Positions 48,401 through 63,900 of a stretch of DNA of 64,000 nucleotides are shown piece after piece; the first letter of the stretch is position 1; every line of letters starts with the position of its first letter. Under the pieces are notes generated by a model that saw only the letters and a list, made by a program, of their open reading frames with translations, ran no database searches and was not told the origin of the DNA. The position numbers and the translations under genes are program-made. Source of the DNA: Laetmonice hystrix (Eukaryota); contig OZ249436.1 of assembly GCA_965235115.1 (NCBI GenBank), positions 47,184,001 to 47,248,000 of the forward strand, in the 5' to 3' direction.

Positions 48401-48949
48401 TTGCCGTCAAGGTTTAGTTAACAATGGCAAATGACGTTGAACGCCTATTCTATATCAGATATCCCATCCCCAAGTAACAAACAAACAAAGGATGATTACC
48501 CAGAGATATTGCCGGCAGAAAACACCAGGGTGCAGCTGACGGCGCTGACTGCACTGCCGCCTTCCGGCCAGCGGTGGAATCACCACGTAAACCTCGCCCG
48601 GGCTGGCAGGCACCTGTGGCCCTGAGGCGAGAGACAGGTTAAAGCAACGATAAGCGAAACATTTCTACATTTTTGTAAGTCAAATTGAATGTACGGCCCC
48701 CAAAATTATTATTCTTAGGCCAGATGTATAATTGTCAAGCGTATAGGTCTCGTACGTTCGCTACAGATATATGGTTGTGATGTGTACACTTCCCATTTGA
48801 GTATCTTCTCCTGATTTTAACATTAGATGCTCCTCGCCTGTACCTTTCATTTTCACTACCTCACTGTAGTGTTTGCATGGCTACTATAGGCCAGCTGGTA
48901 AGTTGTAGGGACTTCTCACTCGACTGGTTGGCCTCCCACACTGCTTGGC

Positions 48950-51900
48950 TCCATAGTGTACTCACTGTACTCTTTGGCCTCACTGTAGTGTTCGTTTGGG
49001 TGCTAAGCCAGCCAGTATACCATGTAGCGATTCCTCCCCGTACTGTTTGGCCTCCCTGTACCGTTTGCTTGTATACAAGAGTAGCCAGTAGTATAGGGAC
49101 GCCTCATGTTTCAGTTTCCATGCCTTTATTGTCCAGGAGGCAGGCCATCCGTTTCGTCTATCATCTACTCCCATCTAATCTGTGTCCCCTACATACCATC
49201 TGTAAGCGTCCGACAACGTTGTCAGATCGTCCCAATGACTGTTTGCCGTCAAGGTTTAGTTAACAATGGCAAATGACGTTGAACACCTATTCTATATCAG
49301 ATATCCCATCCCCAAGTAACAAACAAACAAAGGATGATTACCCAGAGATATTGCCGGCAGAAAACACCAGGGTGCAGCTGACGGCGCTGACTGCACTGCC
49401 GCCTTCCGGCCAGCGGTGGAATCACCACGTACACCTCGCCGGGCTGGCAGGCACCTGTGGCCCTGAGGCGAGAGACAGGTTAAAGCAACGATAAGCGAAA
49501 CATTTCTACATTTTTGTACGTCAAATTGAATGTACGGCCCCCAAAATTATTATTCTTAGGCCAGATGTATAATTGTCAAGCGTATAGGTCTCGTACGTTC
49601 GCTACAGATATATGGTTGTGATGTGTACACTTCCCATTTGAGTATCTTCTCCTGATTTTAACATTAGATCCTCCTCGCCTGTACCTTTCATTTTCACTAC
49701 CTCACTGTAGTGTTTGCATGGCTACTATAGGCCAGCTGGTAAGTTGTAGGGACTTCTCACTCTACTGGTTGGCCTCCCACACTGCTTGGCTCCATAGTGT
49801 ACTCACTGTACTCTTTGGCCTCACTGTAGTGTTCGTTTGGGTGCTAAGCCAGCCAGTGTACCTTGTAGCGATTCCTCCCCGTACTGTTTGGCCTCCCTGT
49901 ACCGTTTGCTTGTATACAAGAGTAGCCAGTAGTATAGGGACGCCTCATGTTTCAGTTTCCATGCCTTTATTGTCCAGGAGGCAGGCCATCCATTTCGTCT
50001 ATCATCTACTCCCATCTAATCTGTGTCCCCTACATACCATCTGTAAGCGTCCGACAACGTTGTCAGGTCGTCCCAATGACTGTTTGCCGTCAAGGTTTAG
50101 TTAACAATGGCAAATGACGTTGAACGCCTATTCTATATCAGATATCCCATCCCCAAGTAACAAACAAACAAAAGATGATTACCCAGAGATATTGCCGGAA
50201 GAAAACACCAGGGTGCAGCTGACGGCGCTGACTGCACTGCCGCCTTCCGGCCAGCGGTGGAATCACCACGTACACCTGGCCGGGCTGGCAGGCACCTGTG
50301 GCCCTGAAGCGAGAGACAGGTTAAAGCAATGATAAGCAAAAAATGACTACATTTTTGATACGTCAAATTGAAAGTACGGCCCCCAAAATTATTATTCTTA
50401 GGCCAGATGTATAATTGTCAAGCGTATAGGTCTCGTACGTTCGCTACAGATATATGGTTGTGATGTGTACACTTCCCATTTGAGTATCTTCTCCTGATTT
50501 TAACATTAGATCCTCCTCGCCTGTACCTTTCATTTTCACTACCTCACTGTAGTGTTTGCATGGCTACTATAGGCCAGCTGATAAGTTGTAGGGATTTCTC
50601 ACTCTACTGGTTGGCCTCCCACACTGCTTGGCTCCATAGTGTACTCACTGTACTCTTTGGCCTCACTGTAGTGTTCGTTTGGATGCTAGGCCAGCCAGTA
50701 TACCATGTAGCGATTCCTCCCCGTACTGTTTGGCAAGAGTAGCCAGTAGTATAGGGACGCCTCATGTTTCAGTTTCCATGCCTTTATTGTCCAGGAGGCA
50801 GGCCATCCGTTTCGTCTATCATCTACTCCCATCTAATCTGTGTCCCCTACATACCATCTGTAAGCGTCCGACAACGTTGTCAGGCCGTCCCAATGACTCT
50901 TTGCCGTCAAGGTTTAGTTAACAATGGCAAATGACGTTGAACGCCTATTCTATATCAGATATCCCATCCCCACGTAACAAACAAACAAAGGATGATTACC
51001 CAGAGATATTGCCGGCAGAAAACACCAGGGTGCAGCTGACGGCGCTGACTGCACTGCCGCCTTCCGGCCAGCGGTGGAATCACCACGTACACCTCGCCGG
51101 GCTGGCAGGCACCTGTGGCCCTGAGGCGAGAGACAGGTTAAAGCAACGATAAGCGAAACATTTCTACATTTTTGTACGTCAAATTGAATGTACGGCCCCC
51201 AAAATTATTATTCTTAGGCCAGATGTATAATTGTCAAGCGTATAGGTCTCGTACGTTCGCTACAGATATATGGTTGTGATGTGTACACTTCCCATTTGAG
51301 TATCTTCTCCTGATTTTAACATTAGATCCTCCTCGCCTGTACCTTTCATTTTCACTACCTCACTGTAGTGTTTGCATGGCTACTATAGGCCAGCTGATAA
51401 GTTGTAGGGATTTCTCACTCTACTGGTTGGCCTCCCACACTGCTTGGCTCCATAGTGTACTCACTGTACTCTTTGGCCTCACTGTAGTGTTCGTTTGGAT
51501 GCTAGGCCAGCCAGTATACCATGTAGCGATTCCTCCCCGTACTGTTTGGCAAGAGTAGCCAGTAGTATAGGGACGCCTCATGTTTCAGTTTCCATGCCTT
51601 TATTGTCCAGGAGGCAGGCCATCCGTTTCGTCTATCATCTACTCCCATCTAATCTGTGTCCCCTACATACCATCTGTAAGCGTCCGACAACGTTGTCAGG
51701 CCGTCCCAATGACTCTTTGCCGTCAAGGTTTAGTTAACAATGGCAAATGACGTTGAACGCCTATTCTATATCAGATATCCCATCCCCAAGTAACAAACAA
51801 ACAAAGGATGATTACCCAGAGATATTGCCGGCAGAAAACACCAGGGTGCAGCTGACGGCGCTGACTGCACTGCCGCCTTCCGGCCAGCGGTGGAATCACC

Positions 51901-54900
51901 ACGTACACCTCGCCGGGCTGGCAGGCACCTGTGGCCCTGAGGCGAGAGACAGGTTAAAGCAACGATAAGCGAAACATTTCTACATTTTTGTACGTCAAAT
52001 TGAATGTACGGCCCCCAAAATTATTATTCTTAGGCCAGATGTATAATTGTCAAGCGTATAGGTCTCGTACGTTCGCTACAGATATATGGTTGTGATGTGT
52101 ACACTTCCCATTTGAGTATCTTCTCCTGATTTTAACATTAGATCCTCCTCGCCTGTACCTTTCATTTTCACTTCCTCACTGTAGTGTTTGCATGGCTACT
52201 ATAGGCCAGCTGGTAAGTTGTAGGGACTTCTCACTCTACTGGTTGGCCTCCCACACTGCTTGGCTCCATAGTGTACTCACTGTACTCTTTGGCCTCACTG
52301 TAGTGTTCGTTTGGGTGCTAAGCCAGCCAGTATACCATGTAGCGATTCCTCCCCGTACTGTTTGGCCTCCCTGTACCGTTTGCTTGTATACAAGAGTAGC
52401 CAGTAGTATAGGGACGCCTCATGTTTCAGTTTCCATGCCTTTATTGTCCAGGAGGCAGGCCATCCGTTTCGTCTATCATCTACTCCCATCTAATCTGTGT
52501 CCCCTACATACCATCTGTAAGCGTCCGACAACGTTGTCAGATCGTCCCAATGACTGTTTGCCGTCAAGGTTTAGTTAACAATGGCAAATGACGTTGAACA
52601 CCTATTCTATATCAGATATCCCATCCCCAAGTAACAAACAAACAAAGGATGATTACCCAGAGATATTGCCGGCAGAAAACACCAGGGTGCAGCTGACGGC
52701 GCTGACTGCACTGCCGCCTTCCGGCCAGCGGTGGAATCACCACGTACACCTCGCCGGGCTGGCAGGCACCTGTGGCCCTGAGGCGAGAGACAGGTTAAAG
52801 CAACGATAAGCGAAACATTTCTACATTTTTGTACGTCAAATTGAATGTACGGCCCCCAAAATTATTATTCTTAGGCCAGATGTATAATTGTCAAGCGTAT
52901 AGGTCTCGTACGTTCGCTACAGATATATGGTTGTGATGTGTACACTTCCCATTTGAGTATCTTCTCCTGATTTTAACATTAGATCCTCCTCGCCTGTACC
53001 TTTCATTTTCACTACCTCACTGTAGTGTTTGCATGGCTACTATAGGCCAGCTGGTAAGTTGTAGGGACTTCTCACTCTACTGGTTGGCCTCCCACACTGC
53101 TTGGCTCCATAGTGTACTCACTGTACTCTTTGGCCTCACTGTAGTGTTCGTTTGGGTGCTAAGCCAGCCAGTGTACCTTGTAGCGATTCCTCCCCGTACT
53201 GTTTGGCCTCCCTGTACCGTTTGCTTGTATACAAGAGTAGCCAGTAGTATAGGGACGCCTCATGTTTCAGTTTCCATGCCTTTATTGTCCAGGAGGCAGG
53301 CCATCCATTTCGTCTATCATCTACTCCCATCTAATCTGTGTCCCCTACATACCATCTGTAAGCGTCCGACAACGTTGTCAGGTCGTCCCAATGACTGTTT
53401 GCCGTCAAGGTTTAGTTAACAATGGCAAATGACGTTGAACGCCTATTCTATATCAGATATCCCATCCCCAAGTAACAAACAAACAAAAGATGATTACCCA
53501 GAGATATTGCCGGAAGAAAACACCAGGGTGCAGCTGACGGCGCTGACTGCACTGCCGCCTTCCGGCCAGCGGTGGAATCACCACGTACACCTGGCCGGGC
53601 TGGCAGGCACCTGTGGCCCTGAAGCGAGAGACAGGTTAAAGCAATGATAAGCAAAAAATGACTACATTTTTGATACGTCAAATTGAAAGTACGGCCCCCA
53701 AAATTATTATTCTTAGGCCAGATGTATAATTGTCAAGCGTATAGGTCTCGTACGTTCGCTACAGATATATGGTTGTGATGTGTACACTTCCCATTTGAGT
53801 ATCTTCTCCTGATTTTAACATTAGATCCTCCTCGCCTGTACCTTTCATTTTCACTACCTCACTGTAGTGTTTGCATGGCTACTATAGGCCAGCTGATAAG
53901 TTGTAGGGATTTCTCACTCTACTGGTTGGCCTCCCACACTGCTTGGCTCCATAGTGTACTCACTGTACTCTTTGGCCTCACTGTAGTGTTCGTTTGGATG
54001 CTAGGCCAGCCAGTATACCATGTAGCGATTCCTCCCCGTACTGTTTGGCAAGAGTAGCCAGTAGTATAGGGACGCCTCATGTTTCAGTTTCCATGCCTTT
54101 ATTGTCCAGGAGGCAGGCCATCCGTTTCGTCTATCATCTACTCCCATCTAATCTGTGTCCCCTACATACCATCTGTAAGCGTCCGACAACGTTGTCAGGC
54201 CGTCCCAATGACTCTTTGCCGTCAAGGTTTAGTTAACAATGGCAAATGACGTTGAACGCCTATTCTATATCAGATATCCCATCCCCACGTAACAAACAAA
54301 CAAAGGATGATTACCCAGAGATATTGCCGGCAGAAAACACCAGGGTGCAGCTGACGGCGCTGACTGCACTGCCGCCTTCCGGCCAGCGGTGGAATCACCA
54401 CGTACACCTCGCCGGGCTGGCAGGCACCTGTGGCCCTGAGGCGAGAGACAGGTTAAAGCAACGATAAGCGAAACATTTCTACATTTTTGTACGTCAAATT
54501 GAATGTACGGCCCCCAAAATTATTATTCTTAGGCCAGATGTATAATTGTCAAGCGTATAGGTCTCGTACGTTCGCTACAGATATATGGTTGTGATGTGTA
54601 CACTTCCCATTTGAGTATCTTCTCCTGATTTTAACATTAGATCCTCCTCGCCTGTACCTTTCATTTTCACTACCTCACTGTAGTGTTTGCATGGCTACTA
54701 TAGGCCAGCTGATAAGTTGTAGGGATTTCTCACTCTACTGGTTGGCCTCCCACACTGCTTGGCTCCATAGTGTACTCACTGTACTCTTTGGCCTCACTGT
54801 AGTGTTCGTTTGGATGCTAGGCCAGCCAGTATACCATGTAGCGATTCCTCCCCGTACTGTTTGGCAAGAGTAGCCAGTAGTATAGGGACGCCTCATGTTT

Positions 54901-57900
54901 CAGTTTCCATGCCTTTATTGTCCAGGAGGCAGGCCATCCGTTTCGTCTATCATCTACTCCCATCTAATCTGTGTCCCCTACATACCATCTGTAAGCGTCC
55001 GACAACGTTGTCAGGCCGTCCCAATGACTCTTTGCCGTCAAGGTTTAGTTAACAATGGCAAATGACGTTGAACGCCTATTCTATATCAGATATCCCATCC
55101 CCAAGTAACAAACAAACAAAGGATGATTACCCAGAGATATTGCCGGCAGAAAACACCAGGGTGCAGCTGACGGCGCTGACTGCACTGCCGCCTTCCGGCC
55201 AGCGGTGGAATCACCACGTACACCTCGCCGGGCTGGCAGGCACCTGTGGCCCTGAGGCGAGAGACAGGTTAAAGCAACGATAAGCGAAACATTTCTACAT
55301 TTTTGTACGTCAAATTGAATGTACGGCCCCCAAAATTATTATTCTTAGGCCAGATGTATAATTGTCAAGCGTATAGGTCTCGTACGTTCGCTACAGATAT
55401 ATGGTTGTGATGTGTACACTTCCCATTTGAGTATCTTCTCCTGATTTTAACATTAGATCCTCCTCGCCTGTACCTTTCATTTTCACTTCCTCACTGTAGT
55501 GTTTGCATGGCTACTATAGGCCAGCTGGTAAGTTGTAGGGACTTCTCACTCTACTGGTTGGCCTCCCACACTGCTTGGCTCCATAGTGTACTCACTGTAC
55601 TCTTTGGCCTCACTGTAGTGTTCGTTTGGGTGCTAAGCCAGCCAGTATACCATGTAGCGATTCCTCCCCGTACTGTTTGGCCTCCCTGTACCGTTTGCTT
55701 GTATACAAGAGTAGCCAGTAGTATAGGGACGCCTCATGTTTCAGTTTCCATGCCTTTATTGTCCAGGAGGCAGGCCATCCGTTTCGTCTATCATCTACTC
55801 CCATCTAATCTGTGTCCCCTACATACCATCTGTAAGCGTCCGACAACGTTGTCAGATCGTCCCAATGACTGTTTGCCGTCAAGGTTTAGTTAACAATGGC
55901 AAATGACGTTGAACACCTATTCTATATCAGATATCCCATCCCCAAGTAACAAACAAACAAAGGATGATTACCCAGAGATATTGCCGGCAGAAAACACCAG
56001 GGTGCAGCTGACGGCGCTGACTGCACTGCCGCCTTCCGGCCAGCGGTGGAATCACCACGTACACCTCGCCGGGCTGGCAGGCACCTGTGGCCCTGAGGCG
56101 AGAGACAGGTTAAAGCAACGATAAGCGAAACATTTCTACATTTTTGTACGTCAAATTGAATGTACGGCCCCCAAAATTATTATTCTTAGGCCAGATGTAT
56201 AATTGTCAAGCGTATAGGTCTCGTACGTTCGCTACAGATATATGGTTGTGATGTGTACACTTCCCATTTGAGTATCTTCTCCTGATTTTAACATTAGATC
56301 CTCCTCGCCTGTACCTTTCATTTTCACTACCTCACTGTAGTGTTTGCATGGCTACTATAGGCCAGCTGGTAAGTTGTAGGGACTTCTCACTCTACTGGTT
56401 GGCCTCCCACACTGCTTGGCTCCATAGTGTACTCACTGTACTCTTTGGCCTCACTGTAGTGTTCGTTTGGGTGCTAAGCCAGCCAGTGTACCTTGTAGCG
56501 ATTCCTCCCCGTACTGTTTGGCCTCCCTGTACCGTTTGCTTGTATACAAGAGTAGCCAGTAGTATAGGGACGCCTCATGTTTCAGTTTCCATGCCTTTAT
56601 TGTCCAGGAGGCAGGCCATCCATTTCGTCTATCATCTACTCCCATCTAATCTGTGTCCCCTACATACCATCTGTAAGCGTCCGACAACGTTGTCAGGTCG
56701 TCCCAATGACTGTTTGCCGTCAAGGTTTAGTTAACAATGGCAAATGACGTTGAACGCCTATTCTATATCAGATATCCCATCCCCAAGTAACAAACAAACA
56801 AAAGATGATTACCCAGAGATATTGCCGGAAGAAAACACCAGGGTGCAGCTGACGGCGCTGACTGCACTGCCGCCTTCCGGCCAGCGGTGGAATCACCACG
56901 TACACCTGGCCGGGCTGGCAGGCACCTGTGGCCCTGAAGCGAGAGACAGGTTAAAGCAATGATAAGCAAAAAATGACTACATTTTTGATACGTCAAATTG
57001 AAAGTACGGCCCCCAAAATTATTATTCTTAGGCCAGATGTATAATTGTCAAGCGTATAGGTCTCGTACGTTCGCTACAGATATATGGTTGTGATGTGTAC
57101 ACTTCCCATTTGAGTATCTTCTCCTGATTTTAACATTAGATCCTCCTCGCCTGTACCTTTCATTTTCACTACCTCACTGTAGTGTTTGCATGGCTACTAT
57201 AGGCCAGCTGATAAGTTGTAGGGATTTCTCACTCTACTGGTTGGCCTCCCACACTGCTTGGCTCCATAGTGTACTCACTGTACTCTTTGGCCTCACTGTA
57301 GTGTTCGTTTGGATGCTAGGCCAGCCAGTATACCATGTAGCGATTCCTCCCCGTACTGTTTGGCAAGAGTAGCCAGTAGTATAGGGACGCCTCATGTTTC
57401 AGTTTCCATGCCTTTATTGTCCAGGAGGCAGGCCATCCGTTTCGTCTATCATCTACTCCCATCTAATCTGTGTCCCCTACATACCATCTGTAAGCGTCCG
57501 ACAACGTTGTCAGGCCGTCCCAATGACTCTTTGCCGTCAAGGTTTAGTTAACAATGGCAAATGACGTTGAACGCCTATTCTATATCAGATATCCCATCCC
57601 CACGTAACAAACAAACAAAGGATGATTACCCAGAGATATTGCCGGCAGAAAACACCAGGGTGCAGCTGACGGCGCTGACTGCACTGCCGCCTTCCGGCCA
57701 GCGGTGGAATCACCACGTACACCTCGCCGGGCTGGCAGGCACCTGTGGCCCTGAGGCGAGAGACAGGTTAAAGCAACGATAAGCGAAACATTTCTACATT
57801 TTTGTACGTCAAATTGAATGTACGGCCCCCAAAATTATTATTCTTAGGCCAGATGTATAATTGTCAAGCGTATAGGTCTCGTACGTTCGCTACAGATATA

Positions 57901-57975
57901 TGGTTGTGATGTGTACACTTCCCATTTGAGTATCTTCTCCTGATTTTAACATTAGATCCTCCTCGCCTGTACCTT
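48950..57975. repeat. 4-mer higher-order repeat (841+842+816+816 = 3315 bp), ~2.7 copies; boundaries approximate
   Basis: Rare markers recur every 3315 bp: GAACACCTAT (ORF-track starts 49273/52588/55903), CCGGAAGAAAA (50114/53429/56744), and 816-bp monomers at 50560/53875/57190. Confidence 0.92.
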
Positions 57976-60900
57976 TCATTTTCACTTCCTCACTGTAGTG
58001 TTTGCATGGCTACTATAGGCCAGCTGGTAAGTTGTAGGGACTTCTCACTCTACTGGTTGGCCTCCCACACTGCTTGGCTCCATAGTGTACTCACTGTACT
58101 CTTTGGCCTCACTGTAGTGTTCGTTTGGGTGCTAAGCCAGCCAGTATACCATGTAGCGATTAATCCCCGTACTGTTTGGCCTCCCTGTACCGTTTGCTTG
58201 TATACAAGAGTAGCCAGTAGTATAGGGACGCCTCATGTTTCAGTTTCCATGCCTTTATTGTCCAGGAGGCAGGCCATCCGTTTCGTCTATCATCTACTCC
58301 CATCTAATCTGTGTCCCCTACATACCATCTGTAAGCGTCCGACAACGTTGTCAGATCGTCCCAATGACTGTTTGCCGTCAAGGTTTAGTTAACAATGGCA
58401 AATGACGTTGAACGCCTATTCTATATCAGATATCCCATCCCCAAGTAACAAACAAACAAAGGATGATTACCCAGAGATATTGCCGGCAGAAAACACCAGG
58501 GTGCAGCGGACGGCGCTGACTGCACTGCCGCCTTCCGGCCAGCGGTGGAATCACCACGTACACCTCGCCGGGCTGGCAGGCACCTGTGGCCCTGAGGCGA
58601 GAGACAGGTTAAAGCAACGATAAGCGAAACATTTCTACATTTTTGTAAGTCAAATTGAATGTACGGCCCCCAAAATTATTATTCTTAGGCCAGATGTATA
58701 ATTGTCAAGCGTATAGGTCTCGTACGTTCGCTACAGATATATGGTTGTGATGTGTACACTTCCCATTTGAGTATCTTCTCCTGATTTTAACATTAGATGC
58801 TCCTCGCCTGTACCTTTCATTTTCACTACCTCACTGTAGTGTTTGCATGGCTACTATAGGCCAGCTGGTAAGTTGTAGGGACTTCTCACTCGACTGGTTG
58901 GCCTCCCACACTGCTTGGCTCCATAGTGTACTCACTGTACTCTTTGGCCTCACTGTAGTGTTCGTTTGGGTGCTAAGCCAGCCAGTATACCATGTAGCGA
59001 TTCCTCCCCGTACTGTTTGGCCTCCCTGTACCGTTTGCTTGTATACAAGAGTAGCCAGTAGTATAGGGACGCCTCATGTTTCAGTTTCCATGCCTTTATT
59101 GTCCAGGAGGCAGGCCATCCGTTTCGTCTATCATCTACTCCCATCTAATCTGTGTCCCCTACATACCATCTGTAAGCGTCCGACAACGTTGTCAGGTCGT
59201 CCCAATGACTGTTTGCCGTCAAGGTTTAGTTAACAATGGCAAATGACGTTGAACGCCTATTCTATATCAGATATCCTATCCCCAAGTAACAAACAAACAA
59301 AGGATGATTACCCAGAGATATTGCCGGCAGAAAACACCAGGGTGCAGCTGACGGCGCTGACTGCACTGCCGCCTTCCGGCCAGCGGTGGAATCACCACGT
59401 ACACCTGGCCGGGCTGGCAGGCACCTGTGGCCCTGAAGCGAGAGACAGGTTAAAGCAATGATAAGCAAAAAATGGCTACATTTTTGATACGTCAAATTGA
59501 AAGTACGGCCCCCAAAATTATTATTCTTAGGCCAGATGTATAATTGTCAAGCGTATAGGTCTCGTACGTTCGCTACAGATATATGGTTGTGATGTGTACA
59601 CTTCCCATTTGAGTATCTTCTCCTGATTTTAACATTAGATGCTCCTGGCCTGTACCTTTCATTTTCACTACCTCACTGTAGTGTTTGCATGGCTACTATA
59701 GGCCAGCTGGTAAGTTGTAGGGACTTCTCACTCTACTGGTTGGCCTCCCACACTGCTTGGCCCCATAGTGTACTGTTTGGCCTCACTGTACTGTTTGGCC
59801 TCACTGTAGTGTTCGTTTGGGTGCTAGGCCAGCCAGTATACCTTGTAGCGATTCCTCCCCGTACTGTTTGGCAAGAGTAGCCAGTAGTATAGGGACGCCT
59901 CATGTTTCAGTTTCCATGCCTTTATTGTCTAGGAGGCAGGCCATCCGTTTCGTCTATCATCTACTCCCATCTAATCTGTGTCCCCTACATACCATCTGTA
60001 AGCGTCCGACAACGTTGTCAGGCCGTCCCAATGACTGTTTGCCGTCAAGGTTTAGTTAACAATGGCAAATGACGTTGAACGCCTATTCTATATCAGATAT
60101 CCCATCCCCAAGTAACAAACAAACAAAGGATGATTACCCAGAGATATTGCCGGCAGAAAACACCAGGGTGCAGCTGACGGCGCTGACTGCACTGCCGCCT
60201 TCCGGCCAGCGGTGGAATCACCACGTACACCTCGCCGGGCTGGCAGGCACCTGTGGCCCTGAGGCGAGAGACAGGTTAAAGCAACGATAAGCGAAACATT
60301 TCTACATTTGTGTACGTCAAATTGAATGTACGGCCCCCAAAATTATTATTCTTAGGCCAGATGTATAATTGTCAAGCGTATAGGTCTCGTACGTTCGCTA
60401 CAGATATATGGTTGTGATGTGTACACTTCCCATTTGAGTATCTTCTCCTGATTTTAACATTAGATGCTCCTCGCCTGTACCTTTCATTTTCACTACCTCA
60501 CTGTAGTGTTTGCATGGCTACTATAGGCCAGCTGGTAAGTTGTAGGGATTTCTCACTCTACTGGTTGGCCTCCCACACTGCTTGGCTCCATAGTGTACTC
60601 ACTGTACTCTTTGGCCTCACTGTAGTGTTCGTTTGGGTGCTAAGCCAGCCAGTATACCATGTAGCGATTCCTCCCCGTACTGTTTGGCCTCCCTGTACCG
60701 TTTGCTTGTATACAAGAGTAGCCAGTAGTATAGGGACGCCTCATGTTTCAGTTTCCATGCCTTTATTGTCCAGGAGGCAGGCCATCCGTTTCGTCTATCA
60801 TCTACTCCCATCTAATCTGTGTCCCCTACATACCATCTGTAAGCGTCCGACAACGTTGTCAGATCGTCCCAATGACTGTTTGCCGTCAAGGTTTAGTTAA

Positions 60901-63900
60901 CAATGGCAAATGACGTTGAACGCCTATTCTATATCAGATATCCCATCCCCACGTAACAAACAAACAAAGGATGATTACCCAGAGATATTGCCGGCAGAAA
61001 ACACCAGGGTGCAGCTGACGGCGCTGACTGCACTGCCGCCTTCCGGCCAGCGGTGGAATCACCACGTACACCTGGCCGGGCTGGCAGGCACCTGTGGCCC
61101 TGAAGCGAGAGACAGGTTAAAGCAATGATAAGCAAAAAATGACTACATTTTTGATACGTCAAATTGAAAGTACGGCCCCCAAAATTATTATTCTTAGGCC
61201 AGATGTATAATTGTCAAGCGTATAGGTCTCGTACGTTCGCTACAGATATATGGTTGTGATGTGTACACTTCCCATTTGAGTATCTTCTCCTGATTTTAAC
61301 ATTAGATCCTCCTCGCCTGTACCTTTCATTTTCACTACCTCACTGTAGTGTTTGCATGGCTACTATAGGCCAGCTGATAAGTTGTAGGGATTTCTCACTC
61401 TACTGGTTGGCCTCCCACACTGCTTGGCTCCATAGTGTACTCACTGTACTCTTTGGCCTCACTGTAGTGTTCGTTTGGATGCTAGGCCAGCCAGTATACC
61501 ATGTAGCGATTCCTCCCCGTACTGTTTGGCAAGAGTAGCCAGTAGTATAGGGACGCCTCATGTTTCAGTTTCCATGCCTTTATTGTCCAGGAGGCAGGCC
61601 ATCCGTTTCGTCTATCATCTACTCCCATCTAATCTGTGTCCCCTACATACCATCTGTAAGCGTCCGACAACGTTGTCAGGCCGTCCCAATGACTCTTTGC
61701 CGTCAAGGTTTAGTTAACAATGGCAAATGACGTTGAACGCCTATTCTATATCAGATATCCCATCCCCACGTAACAAACAAACAAAGGATGATTACCCAGA
61801 GATATTGCCGGCAGAAAACACCAGGGTGCAGCTGACGGCGCTGACTGCACTGCCGCCTTCCGGCCAGCGGTGGAATCACCACGTACACCTCGCCGGGCTG
61901 GCAGGCACCTGTGGCCCTGAGGCGAGAGACAGGTTAAAGCAACGATAAGCGAAACATTTCTACATTTTTGTACGTCAAATTGAATGTACGGCCCCCAAAA
62001 TTATTATTCTTAGGCCAGATGTATAATTGTCAAGCGTATAGGTCTCGTACGTTCGCTACAGATATATGGTTGTGATGTGTACACTTCCCATTTGAGTATC
62101 TTCTCCTGATTTTAACATTAGATCCTCCTCGCCTGTACCTTTCATTTTCACTACCTCACTGTAGTGTTTGCATGGCTACTATAGGCCAGCTGATAAGTTG
62201 TAGGGATTTCTCACTCTACTGGTTGGCCTCCCACACTGCTTGGCTCCATAGTGTACTCACTGTACTCTTTGGCCTCACTGTAGTGTTCGTTTGGATGCTA
62301 GGCCAGCCAGTATACCATGTAGCGATTCCTCCCCGTACTGTTTGGCAAGAGTAGCCAGTAGTATAGGGACGCCTCATGTTTCAGTTTCCATGCCTTTATT
62401 GTCCAGGAGGCAGGCCATCCGTTTCGTCTATCATCTACTCCCATCTAATCTGTGTCCCCTACATACCATCTGTAAGCGTCCGACAACGTTGTCAGGCCGT
62501 CCCAATGACTCTTTGCCGTCAAGGTTTAGTTAACAATGGCAAATGACGTTGAACGCCTATTCTATATCAGATATCCCATCCCCAAGTAACAAACAAACAA
62601 AGGATGATTACCCAGAGATATTGCCGGCAGAAAACACCAGGGTGCAGCTGACGGCGCTGACTGCACTGCCGCCTTCCGGCCAGCGGTGGAATCACCACGT
62701 ACACCTCGCCGGGCTGGCAGGCACCTGTGGCCCTGAGGCGAGAGACAGGTTAAAGCAACGATAAGCGAAACATTTCTACATTTTTGTACGTCAAATTGAA
62801 TGTACGGCCCCCAAAATTATTATTCTTAGGCCAGATGTATAATTGTCAAGCGTATAGGTCTCGTACGTTCGCTACAGATATATGGTTGTGATGTGTACAC
62901 TTCCCATTTGAGTATCTTCTCCTGATTTTAACATTAGATCCTCCTCGCCTGTACCTTTCATTTTCACTTCCTCACTGTAGTGTTTGCATGGCTACTATAG
63001 GCCAGCTGGTAAGTTGTAGGGACTTCTCACTCTACTGGTTGGCCTCCCACACTGCTTGGCTCCATAGTGTACTCACTGTACTCTTTGGCCTCACTGTAGT
63101 GTTCGTTTGGGTGCTAAGCCAGCCAGTATACCATGTAGCGATTCCTCCCCGTACTGTTTGGCCTCCCTGTACCGTTTGCTTGTATACAAGAGTAGCCAGT
63201 AGTATAGGGACGCCTCATGTTTCAGTTTCCATGCCTTTATTGTCCAGGAGGCAGGCCATCCGTTTCGTCTATCATCTACTCCCATCTAATCTGTGTCCCC
63301 TACATACCATCTGTAAGCGTCCGACAACGTTGTCAGATCGTCCCAATGACTGTTTGCCGTCAAGGTTTAGTTAACAATGGCAAATGACGTTGAACACCTA
63401 TTCTATATCAGATATCCCATCCCCAAGTAACAAACAAACAAAGGATGATTACCCAGAGATATTGCCGGCAGAAAACACCAGGGTGCAGCTGACGGCGCTG
63501 ACTGCACTGCCGCCTTCCGGCCAGCGGTGGAATCACCACGTACACCTCGCCGGGCTGGCAGGCACCTGTGGCCCTGAGGCGAGAGACAGGTTAAAGCAAC
63601 GATAAGCGAAACATTTCTACATTTTTGTACGTCAAATTGAATGTACGGCCCCCAAAATTATTATTCTTAGGCCAGATGTATAATTGTCAAGCGTATAGGT
63701 CTCGTACGTTCGCTACAGATATATGGTTGTGATGTGTACACTTCCCATTTGAGTATCTTCTCCTGATTTTAACATTAGATGCTCCTGGCCTGTACCTTTC
63801 ATTTTCACTACCTCACTGTAGTGTTTGCATGGCTACTATAGGCCAGCTGGTAAGTTGTAGGGACTTCTCACTCTACTGGTTGGCCTCCCACACTGCTTGG

